Assembly: GCA_963696405.1 (NCBI GenBank)
Contig: CAVOJY010000007.1
Location: 64,332-128,331 of the forward strand
DNA: 64,000 nucleotides
Source of the DNA: an uncultured Chloroflexia bacterium
GTDB lineage: Bacteria; Chloroflexota; Limnocylindria; Limnocylindrales; CSP1-4
Reading direction: 5' to 3'
Of this stretch, positions 9,130 through 18,680 are shown in pieces. Position 1 is the stretch's first letter; the number at the start of each line of letters is the position of its first letter. A model generated the notes under the pieces. The model was given only the letters and a program-made list of their open reading frames with translations, made no database searches and was not told the origin of the DNA. The position numbers were made by a program, and so were the translations under genes.

Positions 9130-10477
9130 GTGGACGACGCGGGGCACGCCGATCGACCTGGAACCTCTCCGGAGCCGGCCGGCCCTCACGATATCGTCGA
9201 CCGCGTGTTCCGCGAAGAAGCGGGGCACGCGGTGGCGACGCTCATCCGGGTCCTCGGTGACTTCGACCTTGCCGAGGAGGCCGTCCAGGACGCCTTCGTC
9301 GTTGCGCTGGAGCGCTGGCCGGTCGATGGCGTCCCCGCGAACCCGTACGCGTGGATCCTGACCACGGCCCGCCGCCGGGCGATCGACCGGATCCGGCGCG
9401 CCCGCCGGCTGGTGGACAAGCTCGAGCTCCTTCGCTCGCAGCAGATCGCCGAAGGGGAAGGGCTGGCGGATCTCGGCGGCGAAGCGCCATCCGGCGGAGC
9501 GGACCAGGCCCAGTACCCGGGAGAGGGCACCGACGTGGACGATCGACTGCGGCTCATCTTCACCTGTTGCCACCCGGCGCTCCAGCTCGACGCGCGCGTG
9601 GCGCTGACCCTTCGCGCCCTCGGCGGGCTCCAGACCCCGGAGATCGCCCGCGCCTTTCTCGTCCCCGAGTCCACCATGGCACAGCGCCTCGTCCGTGCGA
9701 AGCGGAAGATCCGCGACGCCGGGATCCCGTACCGGGTGCCACCCGCGGAGCAGCTGCCCGAACGGCTCGACGGTGTCCTGGGCGTTCTCTACCTCGTCTT
9801 CAACGAGGGGTACTCGGCGAGCACGGGCGACTCGCTCATGCGCCGCGAGCTCTCTTCGGAGGCGATACGCCTTGGCCGCGTGCTGTCGGACCTGATGCCT
9901 GGAGAGCCCGAGGCGCTCGGCCTCCTCGCCCTCATGCTGCTCCAGGACGCTCGTCGTAATTCGCGGGTGAGCCCCGCGGGCGACCTGGTCCTGCTCGCCG
10001 ACCAGGATCGATCGCAGTGGGACAGCCGGCAGATCGAGGAGGGGGCTGCGCTCATCGAGCGTGCCCTGAGGATGGGCCGACCCGGTCCGTACCAGCTCCA
10101 GGCGGCCATCGCGGCCGTTCACAACCAGGCGCGGGCAGCCGAGTCCACGGACTGGCGCCAGATCACCGCGTTGTACGGCGAACTGAACCGCCTCGCGCCC
10201 TCCCCGGTGGTCGAGCTGAACCGGGCGGTCGCCGTCGCGATGCTGCAGGGACCCGAAGCAGGCCTCGCGCTCGTGGACCCCCTGCTGGGCTCGGAGCGAG
10301 ACCCCGGGCAGCTCGCCCGGTATCACCTGGCACATGCCGCGCGCGCGGACATGCTTCGCCGGCTCGGCCGTCGGGCGGAGGCGGCCGGCAGCGTACCGGA
10401 CCGCCCTCGAGATCACGGCGAACGAGGCCGAGCGGCGCTTCCTCCAGATGCGGCTGCGCGAGACGCTGGACGCCTGA
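9130..10477 (+). CDS. ECF-type RNA polymerase sigma factor with extended C-terminal domain (COG4941-like), with a 1-nt frameshift near 10387
   Basis: Sigma regions 2 and 4 are present (DAFVVALERW, LQTPEIARAFLVPESTMAQRLVRAKRKIR). The conserved C-terminus AAYRTALEITANEAERRFLQMRLRETLDA is only in the +1 frame after the run gcggccGGcagc. Stop TGA at 10475-10477. Confidence 0.8.
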
Positions 10478-10518
10478 TCGGGGCTCGCGCGGCCTCACCG
10501 CCGGGCTCTGGCGGTCGC

Positions 10519-10785
10519 CTACTCCTCGACCCAGATCTGGTCGTGCTCGCGGACGTGGTCGTCGACTTTGAGCGCCACGTCGTCACCCGGATCGGCGGCC
10601 TCGACAGACCGGTGATCAACCTCCATCGACCGCACCGGCTGCACCAGGTCGGTCGTGTGCCCGCGCAGGTGGATCTGGTCCCCAACCTTCAGGGGTGCCG
10701 TGAGCTTGACTGCCGCCACCCCGAGGTGCGAGTAGTAGTGGGTGACGATCCCGATGGCCTCTTCCTGCAAGTGCGTATCGGACAT
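10519..10785 (-). CDS. small conserved hypothetical protein (88 aa, beta-barrel-like)
   Basis: ATG at 10785 with GGGAGGAG upstream. High GC3. Convergent with the sigma gene. Confidence 0.5.
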   Translation of the reverse strand: MSDTHLQEEAIGIVTHYYSHLGVAAVKLTAPLKVGDQIHLRGHTTDLVQPVRSMEVDHRSVEAADPGDDVALKVDDHVREHDQIWVEE

Positions 10786-10931
10786 CCTCTTGCTCCTCCC
10801 CGGCTTCCGCAGCACGCCGCCAACCCCGCGGCTCGTTCCTCCCGCCCAAACGCTACACCCGCGCAGCCCGCAGGTCGAGAGGCACGCCTGGTCGAGAGGC
10901 ACGCCTGGATGGCGGCACGTCGCGGCCCGGC

Positions 10932-11474
10932 GTGCGACCATCGTCGGCGATGGACCACGCCGAGCACGTCATGCTCCTTCGGGACGGCGTCCCGGCCGGC
11001 GGCGCCTGGGCCGACCTCGGATCGGGTGCCGGCGCCTTCACGCTCGCGTTGGCCGACCTTGTCGGCGCGACGGGCGAGATCTACTCGGTCGACCGCGACG
11101 CCGGCGCGCTGCGGACGCAGGAGCGGGCGCTTCGCCTGCGCTTTCCCGCCGTGCCCGTCCGCTCGATCCAGGCGGACTTCACGCGGCCACTCGAGCTTCC
11201 GCCGCTCGACGGAATCGTCATGGCCAACTCCCTCCACTTCCAGCGCGACAAGCGGCCGGTGCTGTCGCTCGTGAGGGGCTACCTGAAGCCCGGCGGGCGG
11301 CTGATCCTCGTCGAGTACAACGTCGATCGAGGGAACCCGTGGGTGCCGTACCCGATCTCGTACCGGTCCTGGGTGAAGCTCGCGGCGCGCTGCCAGTTCC
11401 GCGAGACCCGGATGCTCGCCACCGTCCCCAGCGGCTTCCTGGACGAGATCTACGCCGCGCAGAGCCTGCGCTGA
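10932..11474 (+). CDS. class I SAM-dependent methyltransferase
   Basis: Motif I DLGSGAGAFTLALA, post-I SVDRD, and the LILVEY region. Confidence 0.75.
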   Translation: MRPSSAMDHAEHVMLLRDGVPAGGAWADLGSGAGAFTLALADLVGATGEIYSVDRDAGALRTQERALRLRFPAVPVRSIQADFTRPLELPPLDGIVMANSLHFQRDKRPVLSLVRGYLKPGGRLILVEYNVDRGNPWVPYPISYRSWVKLAARCQFRETRMLATVPSGFLDEIYAAQSLR

Positions 11475-11490
11475 CCGCCTGCGGACGCCG

Positions 11491-11820
11491 TCAGCCCAGG
11501 CCAAACCCGCGGGCGACGGCGACAATGATGACTCCCACCACGAGCCCTGGGAGGAGGTTTCGGCGCCAGGCCATCAGCACGATCGACGCCCCGACGGCCA
11601 GCCACTCGATCCCGACGTGGAAGGATGGCCCGTCATCCGTCGCGACCACCATGACGCTCACCGCGGCAAGTGCGGCGAGGACCGCCGGTCCCACGAGCCG
11701 GAGGTAGTCCAGCGCGCGCTCGGGCAGCCGCTCGATGCCGGGGGCCAGGAGCGGGATGGCCCGCGACGGGTACGTGACCGCCGCCATGAGAACCGCCAGC
11801 AGCACGAGCTCGCTGCTCAT
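11491..11820 (-). CDS. azlD: branched-chain amino acid exporter small subunit
   Basis: About 109 aa with 3-4 TM segments. ATGA overlap with azlC. Confidence 0.7.
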   Translation of the reverse strand: MSSELVLLAVLMAAVTYPSRAIPLLAPGIERLPERALDYLRLVGPAVLAALAAVSVMVVATDDGPSFHVGIEWLAVGASIVLMAWRRNLLPGLVVGVIIVAVARGFGLG

Positions 11821-12566
11821 GGAAGGCCCGTCTCGTCGATCGGCTTCACCGCGGCCTCGACCAGTGGCCGGGGGGTCGCCAACGCGGCCAGCGGACCGAG
11901 CAGACCACCCGCGACGATCCCGACCCCGGGTCCGGCGGCGAGGCTGACGACGACCCCGACACTTGCTCCCACCGCCGCCGCCACGAGCTCACGCCGGCCG
12001 GTCACCAGGCCCACGCACAGCCCGGCCATCGCTGCAGGGAACACCGCGTCGAGCCCGTAGCGGGAGGGATCTGCGATCTGGCCGCCGAGGACCACCCCTG
12101 CCAGCGTCGCGAGGTTCCACGGGATGAACGTCGACCACGTCGCGGCGATCCAGTAGCCGCGCTCGTCCGCCCGGCCCAGCCGCCGGAAGTGGGCTATCGA
12201 GAGCGCGAACGCCTCATCGGTAAGGACGTGGGCCATGGCCACCCGACGGAGGAACGAGCGATCCCTGAGCCACGGGGCGAGCGCCGCCGAGTACAGGAGG
12301 TGGCGCGCGTTGAGAAGGGCCGTGAGCACGACGACGCCCGGCCACGCGAGCCCCCCGGCGACGTAGCCGACAGCGGCGAACTGGGACGCGCCGGCGAACA
12401 CGAGGAGGCTCATCACCATGGCCTCGAGCGGGCTGAAGCCGGCGTTCCTGGCTGTCAGCCCATAGACGAGCCCGAAGCTCGCCGACGAGACGGCGATGCC
12501 CGCGATCTCGGTCCACAGGCGGCGCCGCGAGGCCGCGAGTTCCTGTGGCGACGATCCTGCGGTCAT
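11817..12566 (-). CDS. azlC: branched-chain amino acid exporter, AzlC family
   Basis: AzlC-like TM protein (LEAMVMSLLVFAGASQF). Start chosen at MTAGSS. Confidence 0.75.
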   Translation of the reverse strand: MTAGSSPQELAASRRRLWTEIAGIAVSSASFGLVYGLTARNAGFSPLEAMVMSLLVFAGASQFAAVGYVAGGLAWPGVVVLTALLNARHLLYSAALAPWLRDRSFLRRVAMAHVLTDEAFALSIAHFRRLGRADERGYWIAATWSTFIPWNLATLAGVVLGGQIADPSRYGLDAVFPAAMAGLCVGLVTGRRELVAAAVGASVGVVVSLAAGPGVGIVAGGLLGPLAALATPRPLVEAAVKPIDETGLP

Positions 12567-12589
12567 GTCCGGCTCGTGATCAGGTGCCG

Positions 12590-13303
12590 TCACTCGGGGA
12601 CGAGGGCGTCGATGATCTCGGCGAGGCCGCACAGATCGGGCAACTCGCCGGCACGCGCAAGGTCGCTCGCCTCGGCCATGCGGTTGATCCAGACACAGCG
12701 AAGGCCGAGCTGGGCGCACGGCGCCACATCATGGAACAGGGAGGCCGCCACGTGGACGTGGCGCCCCGGGTCCGCGCGACTCTCCTGGAAGAAGACCTCC
12801 CAATGACCGCGCGCGGGCTTGTACGAGCCGATCTCCGAGGCGACGATCCGCAGATCCACCGGCACGCCGACGGCCCGGATCGAAGCGTCGAGCAGATCGG
12901 GATCAGTGTTCGAGAGGATGGCGATCTTCCAGCCATGCGCTCGAACCCTCACCAGTTCTGCCGGGACCTCGGGGAAGACCGGCCATCCCGGCAGTGACGC
13001 CCCGAGGGCATCCTCTCTGCCAGCCGGCACGACCAGGCGAGCGGCGTCCGCCAGCCTCGCCAGGGTTTCCGCCATGACCACGCGATAGGAGATCCCCCGG
13101 CCGGCCTGGACGGCGGGCTCGATCCGGTGATACCCGGCCAGGAGCGCATGGGCATCTTCATCCGGCCACACGCTCCCCAGCGCTGCCCGGATGCCACCCA
13201 TCCAGTCAAGCAGCGTGCCGTAGCAGTCGAAGGTCGCCCAGCGCTCGCTCACTCCCCAGAGTCTATCGGCCGCGAGGGCCTCCCGAACGCGCTGCGAGGA
13301 CAT
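12590..13303 (-). CDS. HAD-superfamily hydrolase (haloacid-dehalogenase-like)
   Basis: FDCYGTLLDW (DxxGTL motif I) and a later SNTD motif. 23 nt upstream of azlC on the same strand. Confidence 0.8.
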   Translation of the reverse strand: MSSQRVREALAADRLWGVSERWATFDCYGTLLDWMGGIRAALGSVWPDEDAHALLAGYHRIEPAVQAGRGISYRVVMAETLARLADAARLVVPAGREDALGASLPGWPVFPEVPAELVRVRAHGWKIAILSNTDPDLLDASIRAVGVPVDLRIVASEIGSYKPARGHWEVFFQESRADPGRHVHVAASLFHDVAPCAQLGLRCVWINRMAEASDLARAGELPDLCGLAEIIDALVPE

Positions 13304-13327
13304 GAGATCAGTCGCTAACCTGACGGG

Positions 13328-14125
13328 ATGCCACCGGTCCTGCTCAAGCTGCTCCTGACGCCTCTCGTCATCGGCGGCGCAAGCCTGGCCGGGCACCGAT
13401 GGGGGCCCGCCATCGGGGGCTGGATGGTGTCGCTCCCGCTGATCTCCGGCCCCGTTGTGTTCTTCCTCGCCATCGATCAGGGTGCGTCGTTTGCCGCGGA
13501 GGCGGCCAGGGGCTCCTGCGCCGGCAACGCCGCGCTTGCCGTCTGTTTCCTCGCCTACGCGCGGGTGGCACGCCGAGCGCAGTGGCAGGCGGCAGTGGGC
13601 GCGGCGACACTCGGCTGGGCGGTCGGCGCGATCGCCCTCCAGCCCGCCCTGGCCTGGCCGGTCGCCGCCGTGTTCGTGGCGGTCGTTGCGGTTGTGCTCG
13701 TCGCGCTCCGCTTGATGCCCGCGAAGACCGGGCCTCGACCACTCGCAGCCGCACCCCGCTGGGAGGTGCCGTTCCGGATGGCCGTGGGCACGGCAGTCGT
13801 GCTCGTCCTGACGGCAGCCGCACCGTACCTGGGCGCGGGCCTCGCCGGCCTGTTCGCGATGCTGCCGGTCATCACCCTCGTTCTCAGCGTCTTCACCCAA
13901 CGACGGGAGGGGGCCGGCAGCACCACGGAGTTCCTGCGCGGCGATCTCGCCGGCCTGATTGGGACGGCCGCATTCCTGGCGGTCGTCGGCGGCTCGATCG
14001 AAGGGCTCGGCATCGCGGCGTCCTTCGGTGCCGCAATCGTCACGACGATCGTGATCCAGAGCGTGACGCTGCGTGCCCTGCGAACCGGGAGTGCCTCGAG
14101 TCTCACCCTCCCGCGAGCAGGCTGA
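13328..14125 (+). CDS. integral membrane protein, unknown function
   Basis: Seven or more hydrophobic segments. Start uncertain: only 24 nt separate it from the divergent HAD gene. Confidence 0.55.
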   Translation: MPPVLLKLLLTPLVIGGASLAGHRWGPAIGGWMVSLPLISGPVVFFLAIDQGASFAAEAARGSCAGNAALAVCFLAYARVARRAQWQAAVGAATLGWAVGAIALQPALAWPVAAVFVAVVAVVLVALRLMPAKTGPRPLAAAPRWEVPFRMAVGTAVVLVLTAAAPYLGAGLAGLFAMLPVITLVLSVFTQRREGAGSTTEFLRGDLAGLIGTAAFLAVVGGSIEGLGIAASFGAAIVTTIVIQSVTLRALRTGSASSLTLPRAG

Positions 14126-14221
14126 GCACGACAGCCGCCGGCGGCAGACCGGCGGCCGAGCGCCGCCGCCGTCCTCGCACGGCGTCGCGGGCCGGTCCGG
14201 CCTGGGCGCGGCAGCCGTCGC

Positions 14222-14815
14222 CTACGGCGCCGTGGCGTCTCGCGCGACCAGCGCCGCCAGCGCCTCGACCTCGCCTGCCAGCTGATCGACCATCAAGCTC
14301 GTGCTCCTGTGCCTGAAGACGGCCAGCAGCTGGGTGTAGTACCAGAGCTGATCGCGAGGGCCAGCCCTGAACCGGTCCCACACCACAGCCCCGCCGGCGT
14401 CTACATCGGCCACGATCGACCGGCAGTTGTAGAGCTTGTCGGCCAGGGCCACCCGGACGACCTCGGGCGGAGCTTCCAGGATCACGCGGAGGAAGCCCTC
14501 CTTGCGGCCTCGCCATGGAGGCTTCGGCTCGTCGAGCGAATCGCTGCACGCTTCGACGATGAGCGCAACGTGGGCGCCGAACCGGCGCTCGATGTCCGCG
14601 AGCCGCCCGCGGCCTCCGTGGTCCTCGGCTGCGTCGTGCAGGAGGGCGCCGATTGCCTCGTCCTCGTCGCCGCCGTCGCCGAGAACGAGGCTCGCCACGC
14701 CCAGAAGGTGAGCGATGTACGGGACGGACGTGCCCTTCCGACATTGGCTCTGGTGCACGTCCCAGGCGTAGACCATCGCGTCGGCGAAGCGGCGCCCGAG
14801 CGGCGGCGAGATCAT
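14222..14815 (-). CDS. HD-domain phosphohydrolase, SpoT/Mesh1-like small alarmone hydrolase candidate
   Basis: IAHLLGVASLV...ALLHDAAED...IVEACSD resembles the (p)ppGpp hydrolase HD domain. Confidence 0.65.
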   Translation of the reverse strand: MISPPLGRRFADAMVYAWDVHQSQCRKGTSVPYIAHLLGVASLVLGDGGDEDEAIGALLHDAAEDHGGRGRLADIERRFGAHVALIVEACSDSLDEPKPPWRGRKEGFLRVILEAPPEVVRVALADKLYNCRSIVADVDAGGAVVWDRFRAGPRDQLWYYTQLLAVFRHRSTSLMVDQLAGEVEALAALVARDATAP

Positions 14816-15179
14816 CCGTGACTCCCGTGATGGTTCATGCTCGAATCATGCCCGGTCGGCGATCCGCCTGCGCTGTCCTGCGCCCGGTGTCGAAGCGCGC
14901 TAGACTCGCCCACCGTTGGCGGGCCAACAGCCTCCGACGGTGGGCTCCAGCAGAGCCAGCGAACCCAGGGCTGGGATCCCGGCCCCCTTGCCGGTCGCTT
15001 CGGGCGCCCGGTCCGAAAAGACGAGCAGCAGCGGGCGCTCCGGGGCCTCTCCGGAGCGCCCGTGCCGCTTCATGCGGGCCCGGCCGGCCGGCAGCCGTTT
15101 GCCTGACCGGGAGTACACTCCCCGGGCCTGGACCCGCGTGGCAGGCGGGCAGGACCACGGACCGAACGGGAGGTGACAG

Positions 15180-15581
15180 ATGCAGACGGGTGGAACGCGC
15201 CCGACCGGGATCACGATCCTGGCGATCCTTGCCGCGATCGCCGGGGTCTTCGGGATCTTCGGGGCGCTGGGGCTGCTCGGGCTGGGCTCGATCGGCGTGT
15301 TCGGCGGCGTCGCGGGTGCGGGGGCGGCGATCACGATCATCGGGCTCCTGCTCCTCGCGCTCAGCGTCGTCGAACTGGTGCTCGCATACGGCTTCTGGAT
15401 GCTGCTACCGTGGGCGTGGTTGCTCGGTGTCGTCCTCCAGGCGGCATCGATCGCGCTGAGCGTTCTCGAGCTGGTTCTCGGTTACGCCACCATCGGCGGG
15501 ATCCTCGTGAGCGTCGCGGTCGCGGCGGCGATCCTCTACTACCTCAACATGCCCGCCGTGCGGAGTGCGTTCGGCCGGTAG
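15180..15581 (+). CDS. small membrane protein (4 TM)
   Basis: GGGAGGTG RBS 5 nt before the ATG. Four hydrophobic helices. Overlaps the spurious 5' extension of the long 15173 ORF. Confidence 0.5.
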   Translation: MQTGGTRPTGITILAILAAIAGVFGIFGALGLLGLGSIGVFGGVAGAGAAITIIGLLLLALSVVELVLAYGFWMLLPWAWLLGVVLQAASIALSVLELVLGYATIGGILVSVAVAAAILYYLNMPAVRSAFGR

Positions 15582-15724
15582 CGCACACTGCGTCCCGGCC
15601 GCGGCCCTCCGCCTCGGGTTCGTCTCAGGGCGCACCCGCGGGCTGTCTGGTACCGTTCACGGCCGCCGCTGGGTCGGCCGCAGGTAGAGCCCGGCACGGT
15701 CGCGGCCCGAGGAGGAGATCGCAC

Positions 15725-17284
15725 GTGTTGAAACGCATCCTGTCGGTCGTCCCGCTCGTCGTGGGGCTGGTCTTTGCCTTGGCGGCATGTACAAGCGGAG
15801 CCGGCGGGACGGGCGCGCCCTCGGGTTCGAGCCCGGCGCCCGCGTCTGGGGCCGCCGCGACGCCCACCGCGACCCCTCCAGGGGCGACGGCCATCCCGGG
15901 CGCTTCCGCCGCGCCGGTTGGCAGCGTCGCCGGAACGAGTTGGAACCTCGCCGAGATCGACGACCAGCCGATCGCCACCGGCGTCGAGGCCACCATTGCG
16001 TTCGGAGCGGACGGCCAGGCGACCGGCTCGGGTGGCTGCAACACGTTCAACGGTCCGTACACCGTGGACGGCATGTCGATCAAGATCGGGCCGCTGGCGG
16101 CCACCATGATGGCCTGCCCCGAGCCGCAGATGACCGTCGAAGCGTCCTACTTCGCCGCCCTGGACAAGGTCACCACGTGGCAGGTCCCCCAGGACGTCCC
16201 GATCGCGCAAGGTCCGCTCGTGCTGGCGGGCCCGGGCGGTCAGCCCAAGCTCACGTTTGCGCCGGCTGCGCCGGCGGCCGCCGGTTTGGCCGGCACGAGC
16301 TGGGTCCTGGCCGGCCTCGGCAACCTCCCGCTCCCGGGGAACGTCCAGGTCACGGCCCAGTTCGGTACGGATGGCACCGTGTCCGGCAACGCGGGCTGCA
16401 ACACGTACAGCGGCTCGTACACCGTCGACGGCGTGTCGATCGCCTTCGGCCCCCTCATCTCGACGAGGATAGCGTGCCCCGAAGCGCAGATGGTCGTCGA
16501 GACGGCCTACCTGGCGGCGCTCGGCAAGGCCGCCGCCTGGTCGATCGGGACGGACGGCAAGCTGTCCATCTCCGGCCCGGATGGCAAGGTGGCGCTCGTG
16601 TTCGACCCGGCCGCCAGCCTCGCGGGCACGAGCTGGATGCTCACCCAGCAGGATGGCAAGCCGGTGCCCGCGGGCGTGACCATCACCGCCGGGTTCGGGG
16701 GAGACGGGAGCGTCTCCGGATCTGGAGGCTGCAACAACTACAACGGCCCGTACACGGTCGAGGGCGGGTCCATCACGTTCGGCGCGTTGGCCTCCACCAT
16801 GATGGCCTGCCCCGAGCCGCAGATGGGCGCTGAGACCGCCTACCTCGGGGCGCTCAAGGAGGTTAATGCCTGGACGGTTGAGGGAACGACGCTCACCCTC
16901 GCCGGGCCGGGCGGCCAGCCGGGGCTCGTGTTCACCCGGTCGCTCGCCGGCACCACCTGGTCGCTCGCCGGGCTGAACGGCCTGCCGCTGCCGGAAAAGG
17001 TCCAGGTCACGGCCGAGTTCGGATCGGACGGCACCGTGTCTGGCAGCGCGGGCTGCAACACCTACAGCGGCTCGTACACCGTCGATGGCGGATCGATCAA
17101 CATCGGCTCCCTCGCCTCGACGGAGATGGCCTGCCCGGAGCCGCAGATGGCCGTCGAGACAGCCTACCTGGCCGCGCTCGGCAAGGCCACCGCGTGGACG
17201 ATCGACTCGGAGGGCAAGCTCTCCCTGACCGGAGCTGACGCCAAGCTGTCGCTCGTCTTCACCGCCGCCCCGCCGGCGGAATAG
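15725..17284 (+). CDS. lipoprotein with four tandem META (HslJ-like, DUF306) domains
   Basis: GTG start with GAGGAGGAG RBS. Signal peptide plus lipobox LAAC. Four repeats each carrying GCNxYxGxYTVDGxSIxxGxLAxTxMACPEPQMxxExAYLxAL. Confidence 0.85.
   Translation: MLKRILSVVPLVVGLVFALAACTSGAGGTGAPSGSSPAPASGAAATPTATPPGATAIPGASAAPVGSVAGTSWNLAEIDDQPIATGVEATIAFGADGQATGSGGCNTFNGPYTVDGMSIKIGPLAATMMACPEPQMTVEASYFAALDKVTTWQVPQDVPIAQGPLVLAGPGGQPKLTFAPAAPAAAGLAGTSWVLAGLGNLPLPGNVQVTAQFGTDGTVSGNAGCNTYSGSYTVDGVSIAFGPLISTRIACPEAQMVVETAYLAALGKAAAWSIGTDGKLSISGPDGKVALVFDPAASLAGTSWMLTQQDGKPVPAGVTITAGFGGDGSVSGSGGCNNYNGPYTVEGGSITFGALASTMMACPEPQMGAETAYLGALKEVNAWTVEGTTLTLAGPGGQPGLVFTRSLAGTTWSLAGLNGLPLPEKVQVTAEFGSDGTVSGSAGCNTYSGSYTVDGGSINIGSLASTEMACPEPQMAVETAYLAALGKATAWTIDSEGKLSLTGADAKLSLVFTAAPPAE
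15932..17284 (+). repeat. intragenic ~340-nt tandem repeats x4 (A-B-A'-B' pattern)
   Basis: Repeats 2 and 4 (and 1 and 3) are roughly 80% identical at the nucleotide level by eye. Mirror-image spurious ORFs appear on the minus strand. Confidence 0.7.
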
Positions 17285-17359
17285 GCCCCGGCTGCCGGTC
17301 GGCACCGGTCGGCACCAGTCGGCGCCGGGAGACGCACCCCGGTGAGTTAGGCTGTCCGG

Positions 17360-18067
17360 GTGACCACGTGGAACCGGTCCGCCAAGATCGCGTTCGTCGG
17401 CTCGCACGGCGTCCGGAAGACGACCGCCGCCCATGCGTTCGCCAGCACGATGCAGCGGGCGGGACGCTCGGTCGAATACGGGCGCGAGGTGATCCGCGAC
17501 AACCCGCTCCCGATCAACGAGGCCGCCACCGGCGAGGCGCAGCTCTGGGTCCTCGTCTCCCAGGTCCGGCAGGAGCTGGAGCTGGCTCCGAAGGCCGAGG
17601 TCCTGGTGACCGATCGCGCGGTCGTCGACAACTATGCGTACTACCTCCGGGCCTGCGGCATGGTCGATCGCTTCCAGGTGGAGCCGCTCGTCCGCACCTG
17701 GGCGACCACCTACGACCTGGTCGTCCGACTCAGGCCGGACGTCGCGCTGCGAGCCGACCGGATGCGCAGCACCAGCGATGCGTTTCGAGGGGAGATCGAA
17801 GCGATCCTCGACGAGGTCCTGCCCCGCCTCGTTCCCGCCTCGCGGTTCGTCACGATCCCGGCCTCCGAGGTGACCGACACGTACGACTGGTGGCCGCTGG
17901 CCGAACGGCTGGCGGTGATCGTGGGCGAACCGTTGCTCGCGGAGGGAGTCGCCCGTCACCGCCGGCCTCGGCGCCACGTCGATCGCGTACCCGCGGCATC
18001 TCCGGCCTCGCCAGGGTCCCAGCTCGAGCTGGAGTTCGAGGCGAGGCCGGGCGCCGAGGAGGCCTGA
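17360..18067 (+). CDS. AAA_28-family P-loop NTPase (NadR C-terminal / nucleoside kinase-like)
   Basis: Walker A FVGSHGVRKTT. Walker B-like LVTDRAVVDNYAY. Confidence 0.65.
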   Translation: MTTWNRSAKIAFVGSHGVRKTTAAHAFASTMQRAGRSVEYGREVIRDNPLPINEAATGEAQLWVLVSQVRQELELAPKAEVLVTDRAVVDNYAYYLRACGMVDRFQVEPLVRTWATTYDLVVRLRPDVALRADRMRSTSDAFRGEIEAILDEVLPRLVPASRFVTIPASEVTDTYDWWPLAERLAVIVGEPLLAEGVARHRRPRRHVDRVPAASPASPGSQLELEFEARPGAEEA

Positions 18068-18137
18068 TCCCGACCAGCGCCGTTGCGCAGCTCGCGGACG
18101 TGTGCAGTCGTCCGTGGGAGGCGGTAGGCTGCCACGC

Positions 18138-18665
18138 ATGAACGACGAGGTGAGGCACGGCGAGGTAATCGACGTCGCTGGTGCGGGCGAGTACCGCCAG
18201 TGGACGGACGAGCGACGCCGCCCGGGGGTTCCCATCCTCGGCATCCTGCTCCTGGCACTCGGCGGGATCCTGTTGGTGAACCAGCTCGCGCCCGGGGCCG
18301 TGAACCTGGTGTTCTCGGCCGCCGGCCTGGCCATCGGGCTGGGGTTCCTGTACTCCTGGTTCCGCGGCGGTTGGGGGCTCTACCCGGGCATCCTCTTCAT
18401 CGCCCTGTCGCTCCCCGGCCTCCTCGTCGGCCTGGGCGTGCTGCCGCAGCGCGACGGCTACAGCACGCTGCTTCTCGGGGTCGGCCTGCTCGCCGTCGCC
18501 CTCCTGCGGCTCCGCGACCGGCGAGGGTTTGGCTGGCAGGGGATCCTCGGGCTGGTCCTGGCGCTGGTCGGCGGCGCCGCCATTGCGGGCGACATCGGCG
18601 TCGGAGCGTTCATCTGGGCCGCCGTCCTCATCGGGGCCGGAGTCATGATCATCTTCCGTCGGTAG
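18138..18665 (+). CDS. membrane protein, unknown function
   Basis: Five to six hydrophobic helices. An alternative GTG start lies at 18102. Confidence 0.55.
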   Translation: MNDEVRHGEVIDVAGAGEYRQWTDERRRPGVPILGILLLALGGILLVNQLAPGAVNLVFSAAGLAIGLGFLYSWFRGGWGLYPGILFIALSLPGLLVGLGVLPQRDGYSTLLLGVGLLAVALLRLRDRRGFGWQGILGLVLALVGGAAIAGDIGVGAFIWAAVLIGAGVMIIFRR

Positions 18666-18680
18666 AGAGGAGTCGCTCCG

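Noticed and set aside
17285-17359. Direct repeats GGTCGGCACC x3 between the META lipoprotein and the ATPase gene
   Set aside because: Short, imperfect and GC-rich. Most simply an intrinsic-terminator-like or spacer sequence. Too small to call a feature.
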